Shown here one piece after another: positions 51,107-61,101 of a stretch of DNA of 64,000 nucleotides. Numbering within the stretch: position 1 is the first letter of the stretch; the number at the start of each line of letters is the position of its first letter. The notes under the pieces were generated by a model. That model did not search any database. It saw nothing but the letters and a program-made list of their open reading frames with translations, and was not told where the DNA came from. The DNA is from Candidatus Protochlamydia phocaeensis. Its GTDB lineage: Bacteria > Chlamydiota > Chlamydiia > Chlamydiales > Parachlamydiaceae. Made by a program: the position numbers and the translations under genes. The DNA is taken from contig NZ_FCNU01000022.1 in the NCBI RefSeq assembly GCF_001545115.1, positions 88,544 through 152,543 on the forward strand, read 5' to 3'.

Positions 51107-51814
51107 TTAAGAAAACAAATCAGAATGTTTCTCTTTCCAATCTTTAGCTTTTTGTTTAGCCTGATCCAAAATAGCTTGAGGCATGCTATCAAGTGCTTGT
51201 TTCATGGCATTTGCAGCCGGATCATTCATATCAGACGCTATTAAAATCCATTTAATCCCCTCCACCAGATCTTGCTTTGTCATCCCATCAAAACTTTCTC
51301 CGGCTGCCAGCCTCACCCCATAAAAAACCATGCAGTTTGATAAGCCAAGCTCGCATCCTTTTTTCTCCCAGTAAATGGCTTCTTTATCCGATAGTCCAAG
51401 ATTGTGGCATAAATCGCATAGTTTACTAATGGCAGGTTTATAGTCCTGTTTTGCAGCTATTAGGCAAAGCCCTGCTGCAAGGGTCTTTTTGTCTAACCAT
51501 TGCGGGTCATTTATTGCTTTTTCCATATCTAAATCGCCAAAGTGGTCGGCTATCCTATACACGAAAGAGGGACTCGAGTTCGAGTCTGCCAGTTGCATGA
51601 TTAATTTCCTTTGTGCTTTTCTATCACCCATTTTTTCTTCAAATAAAGCGATCCAATCCGCTTCCTTTTTTTCATCAAGTGAAGGAGTTAATTCTTGGGT
51701 ACTTTTTTCAGAATGGTTCATGAGAGACTTGCTATTAGCCATTTCTTCCGACATGGCCAGATTGCAGATTAAAGTAGATGATAATCCAAAAGCAAAGTAG
51801 ATGCTCTTAATCAT
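51107..51814 (-). CDS. Secreted protein with Sel1/TPR-like repeats (tentative).
   Basis: An N-terminal signal peptide is followed by helical A/G/L/W/Y-rich repeats (LAAGLCLIAAKQDY…, GCELGLSNCMVFYGVRLAAG…). Confidence 0.4.
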   Translation of the reverse strand: MIKSIYFAFGLSSTLICNLAMSEEMANSKSLMNHSEKSTQELTPSLDEKKEADWIALFEEKMGDRKAQRKLIMQLADSNSSPSFVYRIADHFGDLDMEKAINDPQWLDKKTLAAGLCLIAAKQDYKPAISKLCDLCHNLGLSDKEAIYWEKKGCELGLSNCMVFYGVRLAAGESFDGMTKQDLVEGIKWILIASDMNDPAANAMKQALDSMPQAILDQAKQKAKDWKEKHSDLFS

Positions 51815-52123
51815 AAATGAATTCCTTAAAAGAATGGATCTTGAATTTAAATTTTAATCTTATAAAAAGACGGAATCCATCTACATTATTAAATAATAAA
51901 TTTAGTTGTAACTAAAATAAATGTTTAACAAATTTAAAAATTTAATGATTACTTGATAGAATAGCGGATTAATATAAGAGGATGAGTTGGATTTAGAAAG
52001 ATTAATCAGTCTTGCAGAGTTAAGACAAAAGAAGCTTCTTATCGCTATTTCAATGAAAACCTGTCCTTATGATACCAATGCTATAAAGAATAATAGCATT
52101 GGTATAAAAAGATAGTAAAAAGC

Positions 52124-52999
52124 TTACAAATAGCTTTGTATTTTTTTGCGGCCTTCGCCTTCTTTTCCTTTCGCTCTCTTTTCAGTGATTTCTTTATTAA
52201 GTTTGCTCAAGAAAATTTCGTAAGTTTCTCTTTGCTTGGACGAAAGCTGATCATTCAGAATGGTCATTGTCACTTCCTGTATGCTAACAAGAAGGTCTGG
52301 ATTGCCTGAAAGCATGCCTGTATTGCGGAGCGAATATATAACCGGAATAGCCTTTTTTGTGTCTTCTGTAAGCGCAAGGCTTTCTTGGAATTGCACATCG
52401 CTTGGATGCTTAGAAGTATATTTAGTAGCACTCTTTCTTTGTTTCAAAGAAACGACAATTAATTTTGTCTTGCTCATATCCAGCTTGATGACGTGCGTCC
52501 GCCCTTTAAACCTGGCTTGAATAGAAAGATTATTAAAGGAAAGATGTTTAATGGAATAAATTTGATTCGGTTTGATAGCCATTGTCAAAGCTTTAAATAA
52601 CGCACGATGGGAGCAAAAGAGACGTTTATCAATAATTTGACGCCATTGACGGCAAACAAGTCTTAGTTGGCAAAGCGATTTTAAGGGAAATGTTTGGAAT
52701 ATATCGGCAAGGACGTCGATGGGCAAATAATGAACGGAACATTCGTCCTGTTTCATGACATGGGCTGTATAGACGTGACAGACTTTATCTTGGACGGTAG
52801 TGCCCTTAAAATCCTCCAGTTCACCATAGTTTATTTCAGTGATCGTAAGATCTTTTTTTTCCTTTACTTCCTTTATTTCTATCTCATTTTTACTGCCAAA
52901 ACAAGAAGACAGGAAACTAGGGAGCCTCATAAATAACCTCTTTATTTTTATACATAATAGAATTAGAGAATTGAATTTTGATTCGACACCAAAAATCAA
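52124..52999 (-). CDS. F-box domain protein.
   Basis: LPIDVLADIFQTFPLKSLCQLRLVCRQWRQIIDKRLF is a textbook F-box (LP-x-[DE]-[IVL]-L-x-x-I-F…L-x-x-V-C-[KR]-x-W). The rest has no known domain. Confidence 0.65.
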   Translation of the reverse strand: MIFGVESKFNSLILLCIKIKRLFMRLPSFLSSCFGSKNEIEIKEVKEKKDLTITEINYGELEDFKGTTVQDKVCHVYTAHVMKQDECSVHYLPIDVLADIFQTFPLKSLCQLRLVCRQWRQIIDKRLFCSHRALFKALTMAIKPNQIYSIKHLSFNNLSIQARFKGRTHVIKLDMSKTKLIVVSLKQRKSATKYTSKHPSDVQFQESLALTEDTKKAIPVIYSLRNTGMLSGNPDLLVSIQEVTMTILNDQLSSKQRETYEIFLSKLNKEITEKRAKGKEGEGRKKIQSYL

Positions 53000-53505
53000 T
53001 TTTTCAACCCTATTGTGGATAAAGTGGAAAAAATCATAATCCTATCGGGCATTAAAGTTAATAAAATTATGGCTAAGAGTTAATTACAGAGCGATTAAAA
53101 TAAAAAAACTGAAAAATAGCCGATAATTTGATTATTAAGAATTCTATGCCCTTCGCTTTATAAGCAGATTTGAACCAATTTAGCAGTTTCTCTCATTTGG
53201 CATATGGCATAGGCGTTTATTTGACAAATTAAAATTTGGACAAGTTGTTTATGCATGAGATCGGCTCATTCATGCTGAAAATTGAAACGAGAAAAAGCGG
53301 AGCATCCTCTATAAAGAACGCAATGATTAACGCAGAGAAAATCATTCTCTTTTTTGTCGTTATTTTTTCACTTTATTGAACTCAAAGCGCGGATTAAAAC
53401 TAAAGGGAACAACTTGGGAAATCAACAGGAAGAAGGGGCGTTTTCGAAGAGAGGTTCTGGTAAGCAACCTCTCTTCATTTCTAAGTTTTGCCGTCTGCTA
53501 TTGCA

Positions 53506-54894
53506 TTACGGAAAAAGTTTTAGAAGGCCAAAAACATCGACATGATGCCATAAGTATTTTTCTATGGGAGAGCGGAGAATATAAGGAAAGCGAATCTCTG
53601 CTTTCTCTTCTCGCTCTATTCCCTTTTCAAAAATCGCCAATTGGTCAATGACTATATCAGTTTTACCGAGCCCATAATTGATTTCTGAATGAAAATGCTT
53701 AGGTCCAATGACCAGATCGTGTTCACCAATTAGTTGAGCCATGATGGAGAAATGGGATTCGGATCGGATTAAACAATTGAATCCTCCATGTGCCATCGAA
53801 AATAAATCTCTAAGCACAGGATTTTCCCCTTCTTTGGGTTCTGTCACTCCAAAAATGATATCTTGCGTATAGCCGGCTTCTCTAATTTTATCCTTCAATT
53901 TTTGCTGGAGAAGAGCGGGTTCTTTATCATCTGTAAAAAGATGAATATAAAGCGGCTGATCTGCATAAATCTGACAAACGTTTAAAAGCTGGGAAATATA
54001 GTACTCATCCGGAGGTACCTTGCAAGGATAGTAGTTTTGAGTGGTGGGGCCATCAAGTCTTGTTGCTCCACGACGCCAATGAACCGCGATAGAGGTGCGA
54101 TCTTTGGGAGGGGTCACTAAGCTTAACGCTTGCTTAGGCTTAATGAGATCTTTGATGAGGTTCTTAAATCCAGCATCCGACCAATCAACTTCCACATAAG
54201 CCCCTCTATAGTTTGGCCCGCGTTCAGAAGGGGACTCTGGGAAGTAGCAAATAGAATGAAGTTCTTTTTCTTCCCGCCTTTCTTCTAGCGATTTCTGGGA
54301 AAGCTGCGTAAAGGGCTCTTCATTGACATGTTTTTCACTCTTTTTAAATTTTGCCACCTCGTATTCTTTTTCTACATCGCTAAGCACAAGCTCATTAGAA
54401 AACTCAAAAGGCTGGAAAGCAAGGGGAATGTTGTATTTATAAGATAACCATTTAGCATGCAGATAAGTAATGAGATTATCTCCAATAAACCCTCCGCTAA
54501 AAGTATAAGAGACCATGCTTTCTGTTGGAGCGGCTTTTTCTACTGAAGAAGGGGTTTCTTCTTTTATTGGAGAAGAGCGTGTTGGAGAAAAAGACGCTAT
54601 TTGCTGGCTAGTTTGTCTGGTTCTCTTGCTTTCCATTGCGCCTCTGACTCTATGGGCTAGATGGCCTATTTCACGGGCTGCGCATTCGATCACAGCAAAC
54701 AACGGGGCAACTACACTTGTTATAGCCAAGCTTAAAAGGATGACTGTTTTTTTAGAAATATTACCGATATGTTTGGCGGTTTTTAATAAAAGATGGTCAC
54801 TGTCCTCAACAATAAATAGTGAATTATCATAGCTGCTTTTTAAATAATCAAAACAAGAAACTGTTGTAGGAATAAATAAACGAAGAGAAATCAT
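53506..54894 (-). CDS. Putative glycosyltransferase (fucosyltransferase GT11/GT23/O-FucT-like fold) with type-II membrane topology.
   Basis: A short cytoplasmic N-terminus and a single TM (VILLSLAITSVVAPLFAVIECAA) precede the catalytic region. FSGGFIGDNLITYLHAKWLSYKY resembles GT11 motif I (FxGGLGNQMFQYA), and a later VHWRRG resembles the nucleotide-sugar-binding H-x-R-R-G-D motif. Confidence 0.4.
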   Translation of the reverse strand: MISLRLFIPTTVSCFDYLKSSYDNSLFIVEDSDHLLLKTAKHIGNISKKTVILLSLAITSVVAPLFAVIECAAREIGHLAHRVRGAMESKRTRQTSQQIASFSPTRSSPIKEETPSSVEKAAPTESMVSYTFSGGFIGDNLITYLHAKWLSYKYNIPLAFQPFEFSNELVLSDVEKEYEVAKFKKSEKHVNEEPFTQLSQKSLEERREEKELHSICYFPESPSERGPNYRGAYVEVDWSDAGFKNLIKDLIKPKQALSLVTPPKDRTSIAVHWRRGATRLDGPTTQNYYPCKVPPDEYYISQLLNVCQIYADQPLYIHLFTDDKEPALLQQKLKDKIREAGYTQDIIFGVTEPKEGENPVLRDLFSMAHGGFNCLIRSESHFSIMAQLIGEHDLVIGPKHFHSEINYGLGKTDIVIDQLAIFEKGIEREEKAEIRFPYILRSPIEKYLWHHVDVFGLLKLFP

Positions 54895-54983
54895 GATTTT
54901 ATGGCCTATTTTATTTATACGGAATGTAGAGTATGCCTGTTAATAATATAATACAATTAAAAATTTATTGTTCTAATTAATGA

Positions 54984-55370
54984 ATGATTGCTTGTTCATT
55001 AATTTATAATTGTTTTCATACTTTATTTTTAAGGACGAGATTTTTTGCAAGGAGAGGTCGTCCATACAGCCTTATCAATAGCTGGACGGGCAAGAAAAGC
55101 GAAATATCTACGATTGAAAAGTTGTCCGAATATAACTATTTAATTGGGGTGAGCAAACAAAATGCTACGCTTGACTCCGAGGAAGCCAGGGTAGAGCAAT
55201 TGACTTTTATGATGGATATCAATAAATGCGTTCAGTTTTTTATTTGGATGGAAGCGGAAGAATGGGCGTTTTCTATTAATAAATTATCTACAGGGATGAA
55301 CGTATCATCTGGCTTCCATATAGCAAAGAGGCGAGAACACAACTTGTACAAGTCGCATTTTTGCGTGTGA
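54984..55370 (+). CDS. Hypothetical small protein (uncertain).
   Basis: It is a 128-aa ORF in a 530-bp gap between two minus-strand genes. I see no motifs. Confidence 0.2.
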   Translation: MIACSLIYNCFHTLFLRTRFFARRGRPYSLINSWTGKKSEISTIEKLSEYNYLIGVSKQNATLDSEEARVEQLTFMMDINKCVQFFIWMEAEEWAFSINKLSTGMNVSSGFHIAKRREHNLYKSHFCV

Positions 55371-55426
55371 GGACAAACCCAAGCAAATTTTTTTACCACG
55401 CGATTAGAAAAGAAAGGCTATGGACT

Positions 55427-56200
55427 CTAATTAGGCGAATATACCGTATTGCCTCGTCCATAACGGAGTAGCTGGACTCCCCATGGCAATTTGAGTCGAA
55501 TCCGTTGGCCATTCTGTCTAATTAGAGTTAATTCCGCAACTCCTCCCTTTTGCCCTTCTACATCAGGGCTATAGGTAAACGAAGGCGCAATGGCTGACAG
55601 TTTAAAAGAATCAGCCACCCCTTCTTCTCCTGAAACGGAACGGAATTTTATTTTTTCACTCTTCTTTAATCCTAAAAGGGTGATTTTGTAACAAGCCGGG
55701 ATGAGGTTGCAAAGCTCAGCTTCAAGAATGACGTTTCCAGCCTCATCTTTGATTTGAATGGGATTGGGAATAAAGGTGATTTCATGTTCAAATGAGCCAT
55801 CCAATATTTCATATCGGCAGTAGATGCGCTCACCCGGTAAAAACCCTCGTGAAGATATGCAAAAGAAGGGACTTCCTTTATCGTCTGGAGGAAGAAAGAT
55901 TCTTCCGTCTTCTTTGATGATAAAGAAGCTTTGCTTGAGGAAATTGTGATTGGGGGGAACTAAGCGCTTTAAAGAAAATTTGATCTTTTTACGAAGAGGA
56001 AAATTTTCAAAATAAAGCAAAGTCTTAGGGTGGAAAGGGTCCAAGCTTGTGCAAGACTGAATAATGGGGTCAGCATGCTGCTTGACCTCCTCGTGTGTTA
56101 AATACACTCTTTGTATGTCTGGTCGGTCCTGTTTCTCCGTGCCGCTTAGTAGATTGTAATAGATAAGCGTCATTAGCACAAAGCGGATAAGCATGCGCAT
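55427..56200 (-). CDS. Hypothetical secreted protein.
   Basis: An N-terminal signal peptide is present (MRMLIRFVLMTLIYYNLLSG). No recognisable domain. Confidence 0.4.
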   Translation of the reverse strand: MRMLIRFVLMTLIYYNLLSGTEKQDRPDIQRVYLTHEEVKQHADPIIQSCTSLDPFHPKTLLYFENFPLRKKIKFSLKRLVPPNHNFLKQSFFIIKEDGRIFLPPDDKGSPFFCISSRGFLPGERIYCRYEILDGSFEHEITFIPNPIQIKDEAGNVILEAELCNLIPACYKITLLGLKKSEKIKFRSVSGEEGVADSFKLSAIAPSFTYSPDVEGQKGGVAELTLIRQNGQRIRLKLPWGVQLLRYGRGNTVYSPN

Positions 56201-56354
56201 TCCCCTGGGTATGTCTCTTTGAAGAAGAAGCGTACCAAGAAGGCTGAATAATTTTCTATTTATTTAGAGATTTCTTGCATAGGTAAGGTTGTAAAAAATA
56301 TTTTATAAAAATCTGTCTTTCTCCATAAAAAGAATTGAGCTCAATCAAAATTAA

Positions 56355-57356
56355 GTGGAGAATCTTATGTCACGTATTGTGCGTTTTCATCAAACCGGCG
56401 GGCCCGAGGTATTAAAAATTGAAGAAGCAGAGGTACCGGCTCCCGGCAAGGGAGAAGTGCGCATTCAAGTGAAAGCACTGGGATTAAATCGGGCGGAAGC
56501 GATGTTCCGATCCGGAAAGTACTTACAGTCGCCAAAATTTCCTGCACGCATTGGGTATGAAGCATCCGGAATCGTTGAATCTATTGGGCCTGATGTCAAA
56601 AATCTTTCCCCCGGAGATGTTGTCAGTGTGGCTCCTCCGCCAGATATGAATAAATACGGGGTTTATGGAGAAATGGCAATCGTGCCTGCCCGTTATGTGA
56701 TCAAGCATCCGCAAGCGCTGAACTTTGTTGAAGCGGCGGCTATTTGGATGCAATACCTGACAGCCTATGGAGCGCTCTTTGATATTGCTAAGCTGACAAA
56801 AGGGGACTATATTGTCATTCCGGCAGCTTCTAGCAGTGTGGGAATCGCAGCCATCCAGCTCGCCAATCTTGTCGGGGCCATCCCCATTGCAACAACACGG
56901 ACTTCTCAAAAGAAAAAAATGATTGAAGAGGCGGGGGCTAAGCATGTGATTGCTACTCAAGAAGAAAACCTGGCGGACAAACTTCATGAAGCGACCAAAG
57001 GGCAAGGTGCACGCATCGTTTTTGATCCTGTAGGCGGAAAAACCGTCTTGGATTTAGCCAAGGGAATGGCTGCAGGCGGCCTGCTCATTGAATATGGAGC
57101 GCTTAGCCCGGAACCGACACCTTTCCCGCTTCTGGATGCTTTAATGAAAGGATTGACCATGCGGGGCTATACGCTTTTCGAATTGCTAAGCAATCAAGAG
57201 CGTATGGAACGTGCGATCAAGTTTATCTCGGAAGGATTAGAGTCTAAAAAGCTAAAGCCCATCATTGCCAAGACATTTAAGTTGGAGGAAATTGTGGATG
57301 CCCATCGCTATTTGGAATCCAATCAGCAATTTGGAAAAATAGTGGTGACGGTCTAG
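56355..57356 (+). CDS. NADPH:quinone oxidoreductase / zinc-binding dehydrogenase, MDR superfamily (Qor-like).
   Basis: It has a GroES-like N-terminus and a Rossmann region AASSSVGIAAIQLA. Length is 333 aa. Confidence 0.75.
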   Translation: MENLMSRIVRFHQTGGPEVLKIEEAEVPAPGKGEVRIQVKALGLNRAEAMFRSGKYLQSPKFPARIGYEASGIVESIGPDVKNLSPGDVVSVAPPPDMNKYGVYGEMAIVPARYVIKHPQALNFVEAAAIWMQYLTAYGALFDIAKLTKGDYIVIPAASSSVGIAAIQLANLVGAIPIATTRTSQKKKMIEEAGAKHVIATQEENLADKLHEATKGQGARIVFDPVGGKTVLDLAKGMAAGGLLIEYGALSPEPTPFPLLDALMKGLTMRGYTLFELLSNQERMERAIKFISEGLESKKLKPIIAKTFKLEEIVDAHRYLESNQQFGKIVVTV

Positions 57357-57436
57357 CCGGCATGCATTAAGACAAAATGATTGCAATCGCTCAGCAGGTT
57401 GGCCTGCTGAGCAAGTCGGATAAAAGGACTCACTAA

Positions 57437-58441
57437 TTAATGTTGGATAAAGGCCGGCTTTTCCAGAGGGGGCGCCATAAATTCGGGACCGATTGGGTCT
57501 TTGATGCACGCCTGTAAAATGCGGTCGATCTCTTCAAAGTCTTCTGGAAACAACTTCCAATTCCAAACTGTCTGCATGTCTTTGAGCTGCTCCGGTTTAC
57601 GTGCGCCCCATAACGCAATGCTAATGCCAGAGTCCAATGCCCATCTGACTGCCAAGGCGAGCAAAGGCTTTTGATATTTATCTTTTACCCATGTCTGTAA
57701 ACGATCGGCGGCTTCAAGATAGTGAGAATAGCGAGGCGCTTTAAATTTGGGGTCAATTTTTCTCAGGTCATCTCCTTCAAATTTAGAATCCTTGCGCAAT
57801 TTGCCGCTCAGTAGTCCTCTGCAAAGCGATCCATAACCTACCGTGGCAATGCCGTTCTTTCTGCAATAGGGAAGCTCGGTCTGCTCAATCTCCCTTTCAA
57901 ATAAGTTGAAGGGAGGTTGAAGAGCGTCTAAAGGGGTATAGTGCCGGAATGCATCCATCTGTTCGGTCGAAAAGTTGCTGACGCCGATTGCCCGGATTTT
58001 GCCTTGCTTTTGCAATTCCTTGAGCGTAGTGGCCAGTTCTTCTATGGAGACAGAGGGATCGGGCCAGTGCACCTGATAAAGGTCGATATAATCTACTTGA
58101 AGGCGCCTTAGTGAATCCTCTACTTCTTTTAATAGAGAGGCTCTGCTCGAGTCGCGGTAAACGGTTTTATCTTTCCAGCGCAGGCCGACTTTGGTGGCAA
58201 TGACTATTTTCTCTCGTTGACCATATTGCTTAAGGGCTTTTCCTACGATTTCTTCCGATGTTCCAAATCCATAGACAGGAGCGGTATCAATAAAGTTCAG
58301 GCCTTGGTCAAGCGCTTGATGAATGGTTGAGATTGCGAGCGTCTCGTCTGATCCTCCCCACATCCATCCGCCGATTGCCCATGTTCCCAATCCAATGCGC
58401 GTTGCTTTTTTTTCTAAATGGGGAATAGCGGTCCATTCCAT
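57437..58441 (-). CDS. Aldo/keto reductase (Tas/YghZ-like AKR).
   Basis: GLGTWAIGG…GLNFIDTAPVYGFGTSEE and VHWPDP are present. The start is set at the internal Met (MEWTAIP…) rather than the extended ORF to 58540. Confidence 0.8.
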   Translation of the reverse strand: MEWTAIPHLEKKATRIGLGTWAIGGWMWGGSDETLAISTIHQALDQGLNFIDTAPVYGFGTSEEIVGKALKQYGQREKIVIATKVGLRWKDKTVYRDSSRASLLKEVEDSLRRLQVDYIDLYQVHWPDPSVSIEELATTLKELQKQGKIRAIGVSNFSTEQMDAFRHYTPLDALQPPFNLFEREIEQTELPYCRKNGIATVGYGSLCRGLLSGKLRKDSKFEGDDLRKIDPKFKAPRYSHYLEAADRLQTWVKDKYQKPLLALAVRWALDSGISIALWGARKPEQLKDMQTVWNWKLFPEDFEEIDRILQACIKDPIGPEFMAPPLEKPAFIQH

Positions 58442-59019
58442 GCTTTTCTCCTTATTTGATCGCTCAATGAGCGCATTAAATGAAGAAATACAAATGACGT
58501 TTGATTGGAGGTCTTCTCTGCAAAAATATTTATATAACATTTTTTGAGCATTAAGGGGAATACAATGAAATTGCAGATGACTGTTTTTTTAGAGCTTTCC
58601 TTTTTCTCGCAAGCTTTTCTTACCGCAGACACCTTCCCTTTCCCTCATGGCAATGAAAAAACGCGCATAAATAGATAAATGCAATCCTCTTAAATTCAAT
58701 GAGGAGGGAGATTCAATACTCCTTGCATTTTCCACCCTTTTGTAAAGAACGTCGACTGTTGATTCGCTTCCTTATCTTTTAAATTTTAGGCTTGTTTTTT
58801 AACTGGCAGATATAGGGGAATCCAGTAAACAGGGTTGTGTAAAATTCTATTTTTAATAATAAGATAAATGGGATACAAATCGAGCTAAGATCCCGTCGCC
58901 TATTTGATCGAGTCGTTCAAAGAGCAGACAACACTGACTCATTTTATTTCATTCACTTCTTGGCGACATGATTTTAATTAATCTTTGAAATTTTGGAATT
59001 TAAATAACAGCGAGAACAT

Positions 59020-61101
59020 ATGCAGCAATCTTCTATGCTTGAAAAAACTGACTTAGATCAACTATGTGTAAATACCATCCGATTTTTATCTGTAGATGCA
59101 GTCGAAAAAGCCAATAGCGGGCATCCGGGCCTGCCTTTAGATGCCGCTCCTATGGCTTATGTTTTATGGACGCGCATCATGCATTATAATCCCCAAAATC
59201 CGGAATGGTATAATCGCGATCGCTTCATCCTTTCTGCCGGGCATGGATCGGCCCTACTCTATAGCATGCTGCATTTAACAGGATATAATCTTCCCCTTGA
59301 TCAAATTAAAAGTTTCCGTCAGTGGGAAAGCTTAACTCCCGGGCATCCGGAAAGAGGCCTTGCTCCGGGCGTAGAGGTTTCGACAGGTCCTCTAGGACAA
59401 GGGTTTGGAAATGGCGTCGGATTGGCGATTGCGGAGGCTTATTTAGCAGCACGCTATAACCGTCCCGGGCATGAAATTATCAATAACTACGTCTATTCGA
59501 TTGTCAGTGATGGCGATCTCATGGAAGGAATTGCTTCGGAAGCGGCGTCTTTAGCGGGACATTTAAAACTCGGCCGTTTGATTTATTTATATGATGACAA
59601 TGAAGTGACTTTATCAGCCAGTACTCAAGTAACGTTTACCGAAGATCGGGCGCAGCGCTTTGAAGCCTATGGCTGGCAAACAATTAAGGTAGAAGACGGC
59701 AATGACTTAGAAGCCATTGAAGATGCTATTCGAGCAGCCCAGCAAGACAAAGAGCGTCCTTCACTTATCCTTGTGCGTACACAAATTGGATTTGGGGCGC
59801 CTAATAAACAAGGAAGCTTTGAGGCGCATGGATCGCCATTGGGAAAGGAAGAGACCAAGCTTGCGAAAGAAAATTTGAAATGGCCGGTTGATCCGCCTTT
59901 TTACATTCCCGAAGAAGCCAAGCAGCATTTTCACAAAGCGATTGAAAAAGGAAAAAAAGCCGAACAAGACTGGAATGAACGGTGGAAGGCTTATGAAAAG
60001 GCATTCCCTGATCTGGCAAAAGAGCTCAAATTTATCATAGATCAAAAACTTCCGCCTAATTGGAATAAAGGCATCCAACCATTTCCTGCAGATGCTAAGG
60101 GAATGGCAACGCGTGTCTCTTCCGGTAAAGTGCTTAACATGATTGCTCCCAATCTTCCCGCACTCATTGGGGGATCGGCCGATCTCAATCCTTCTACGCA
60201 TACTGTCATTAATAAAGGAGGAACATTTGAGAGCCCTCTGACAGATTTTGGAGACCGCCAAGGAGCGATTGAAGGAGGATGGAACTATGCCGGGCGCAAT
60301 ATTCAATTTGGCGTGCGCGAACATGCCATGGGGTCGATTTTAAATGGCATGGCGGCTTATGGAGGGTTAATTCCTTATGGATCGACTTTTTTGACTTTTT
60401 CCGATTACATGCGCCCGCCTATTCGTTTAGCTTCTTTAATGGACTTGCAAGTCTTATTTATTTTTACCCATGATAGCATTGCATTAGGGGAAGATGGTCC
60501 TACACACCAACCTATCGAGCATTTAGCTAGCTTGCGAGCTATTCCGCATTTAATTGTCATTCGCCCAGCCGATGCAAATGAAACGGCGGTGGCTTGGCAA
60601 GTCTCTATTGAGCTGCATAAAAAGCCGATTGCGTTGATTTTAACGCGTCAAAATGTGCCAACATTGGACCGCACGCGCTATGCTTCTGCTGATGGTTTAA
60701 GAAAAGGAGCGTATGTTCTTTCCGAGCCGGAACAAGAAGCAAACTTTATCTTAATTGCTACCGGCTCCGAAGTCGGTTTGATTGTAAACGCCCAGCAAAA
60801 GCTAGCCGAGCAAAAAATTTATGCCCGGCTGGTTTCCATGCCTTCATGGGAGCTATTTGAAGCCCAACCTCAGGAATATAAGGACTCTGTTTTACCTCCC
60901 GCGCTTAAGGCACGCTTGGCGGTTGAAGCAGGCGTTCGCCAAGGATGGGATCGTTATGTGGGCGACAAGGGAGATATGATCGGCATTGATCGATTTGGAG
61001 CCTCTGCTCCTGGGGATGTTGTGATGAAAGAATATGGTTTTTCAGTCGATAACGTTGTGAAAAGGGCCATGGAAGTCATGCATAATCAAAAGGAGGCATG
61101 A
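59020..61101 (+). CDS. tkt: Transketolase.
   Basis: The thiamine-diphosphate motifs [17 protein letters not shown] and [13 protein letters not shown] are present, with a transketolase C-terminal domain. Length is 693 aa. Confidence 0.9.
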   Translation: MQQSSMLEKTDLDQLCVNTIRFLSVDAVEKANSGHPGLPLDAAPMAYVLWTRIMHYNPQNPEWYNRDRFILSAGHGSALLYSMLHLTGYNLPLDQIKSFRQWESLTPGHPERGLAPGVEVSTGPLGQGFGNGVGLAIAEAYLAARYNRPGHEIINNYVYSIVSDGDLMEGIASEAASLAGHLKLGRLIYLYDDNEVTLSASTQVTFTEDRAQRFEAYGWQTIKVEDGNDLEAIEDAIRAAQQDKERPSLILVRTQIGFGAPNKQGSFEAHGSPLGKEETKLAKENLKWPVDPPFYIPEEAKQHFHKAIEKGKKAEQDWNERWKAYEKAFPDLAKELKFIIDQKLPPNWNKGIQPFPADAKGMATRVSSGKVLNMIAPNLPALIGGSADLNPSTHTVINKGGTFESPLTDFGDRQGAIEGGWNYAGRNIQFGVREHAMGSILNGMAAYGGLIPYGSTFLTFSDYMRPPIRLASLMDLQVLFIFTHDSIALGEDGPTHQPIEHLASLRAIPHLIVIRPADANETAVAWQVSIELHKKPIALILTRQNVPTLDRTRYASADGLRKGAYVLSEPEQEANFILIATGSEVGLIVNAQQKLAEQKIYARLVSMPSWELFEAQPQEYKDSVLPPALKARLAVEAGVRQGWDRYVGDKGDMIGIDRFGASAPGDVVMKEYGFSVDNVVKRAMEVMHNQKEA

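Noticed and set aside
51560-51600. A 'gagttcgagtctgcc' string that resembles a tRNA T-arm (GGTTCGAGTCC).
   Set aside because: The flanking 5-nt stems do not pair (tcgag against ctgcc), there is no acceptor stem or CCA context, and it lies inside a well-supported CDS.
57437-58540. The extended N-terminus of the AKR (start at 58540).
   Set aside because: The first 33 residues are not AKR-like. The internal Met (MEWTAIP) gives the canonical AKR start.
59761-60324. A 187-aa minus-strand ORF inside transketolase.
   Set aside because: It is antisense to a highly conserved tkt coding region and has no motifs.
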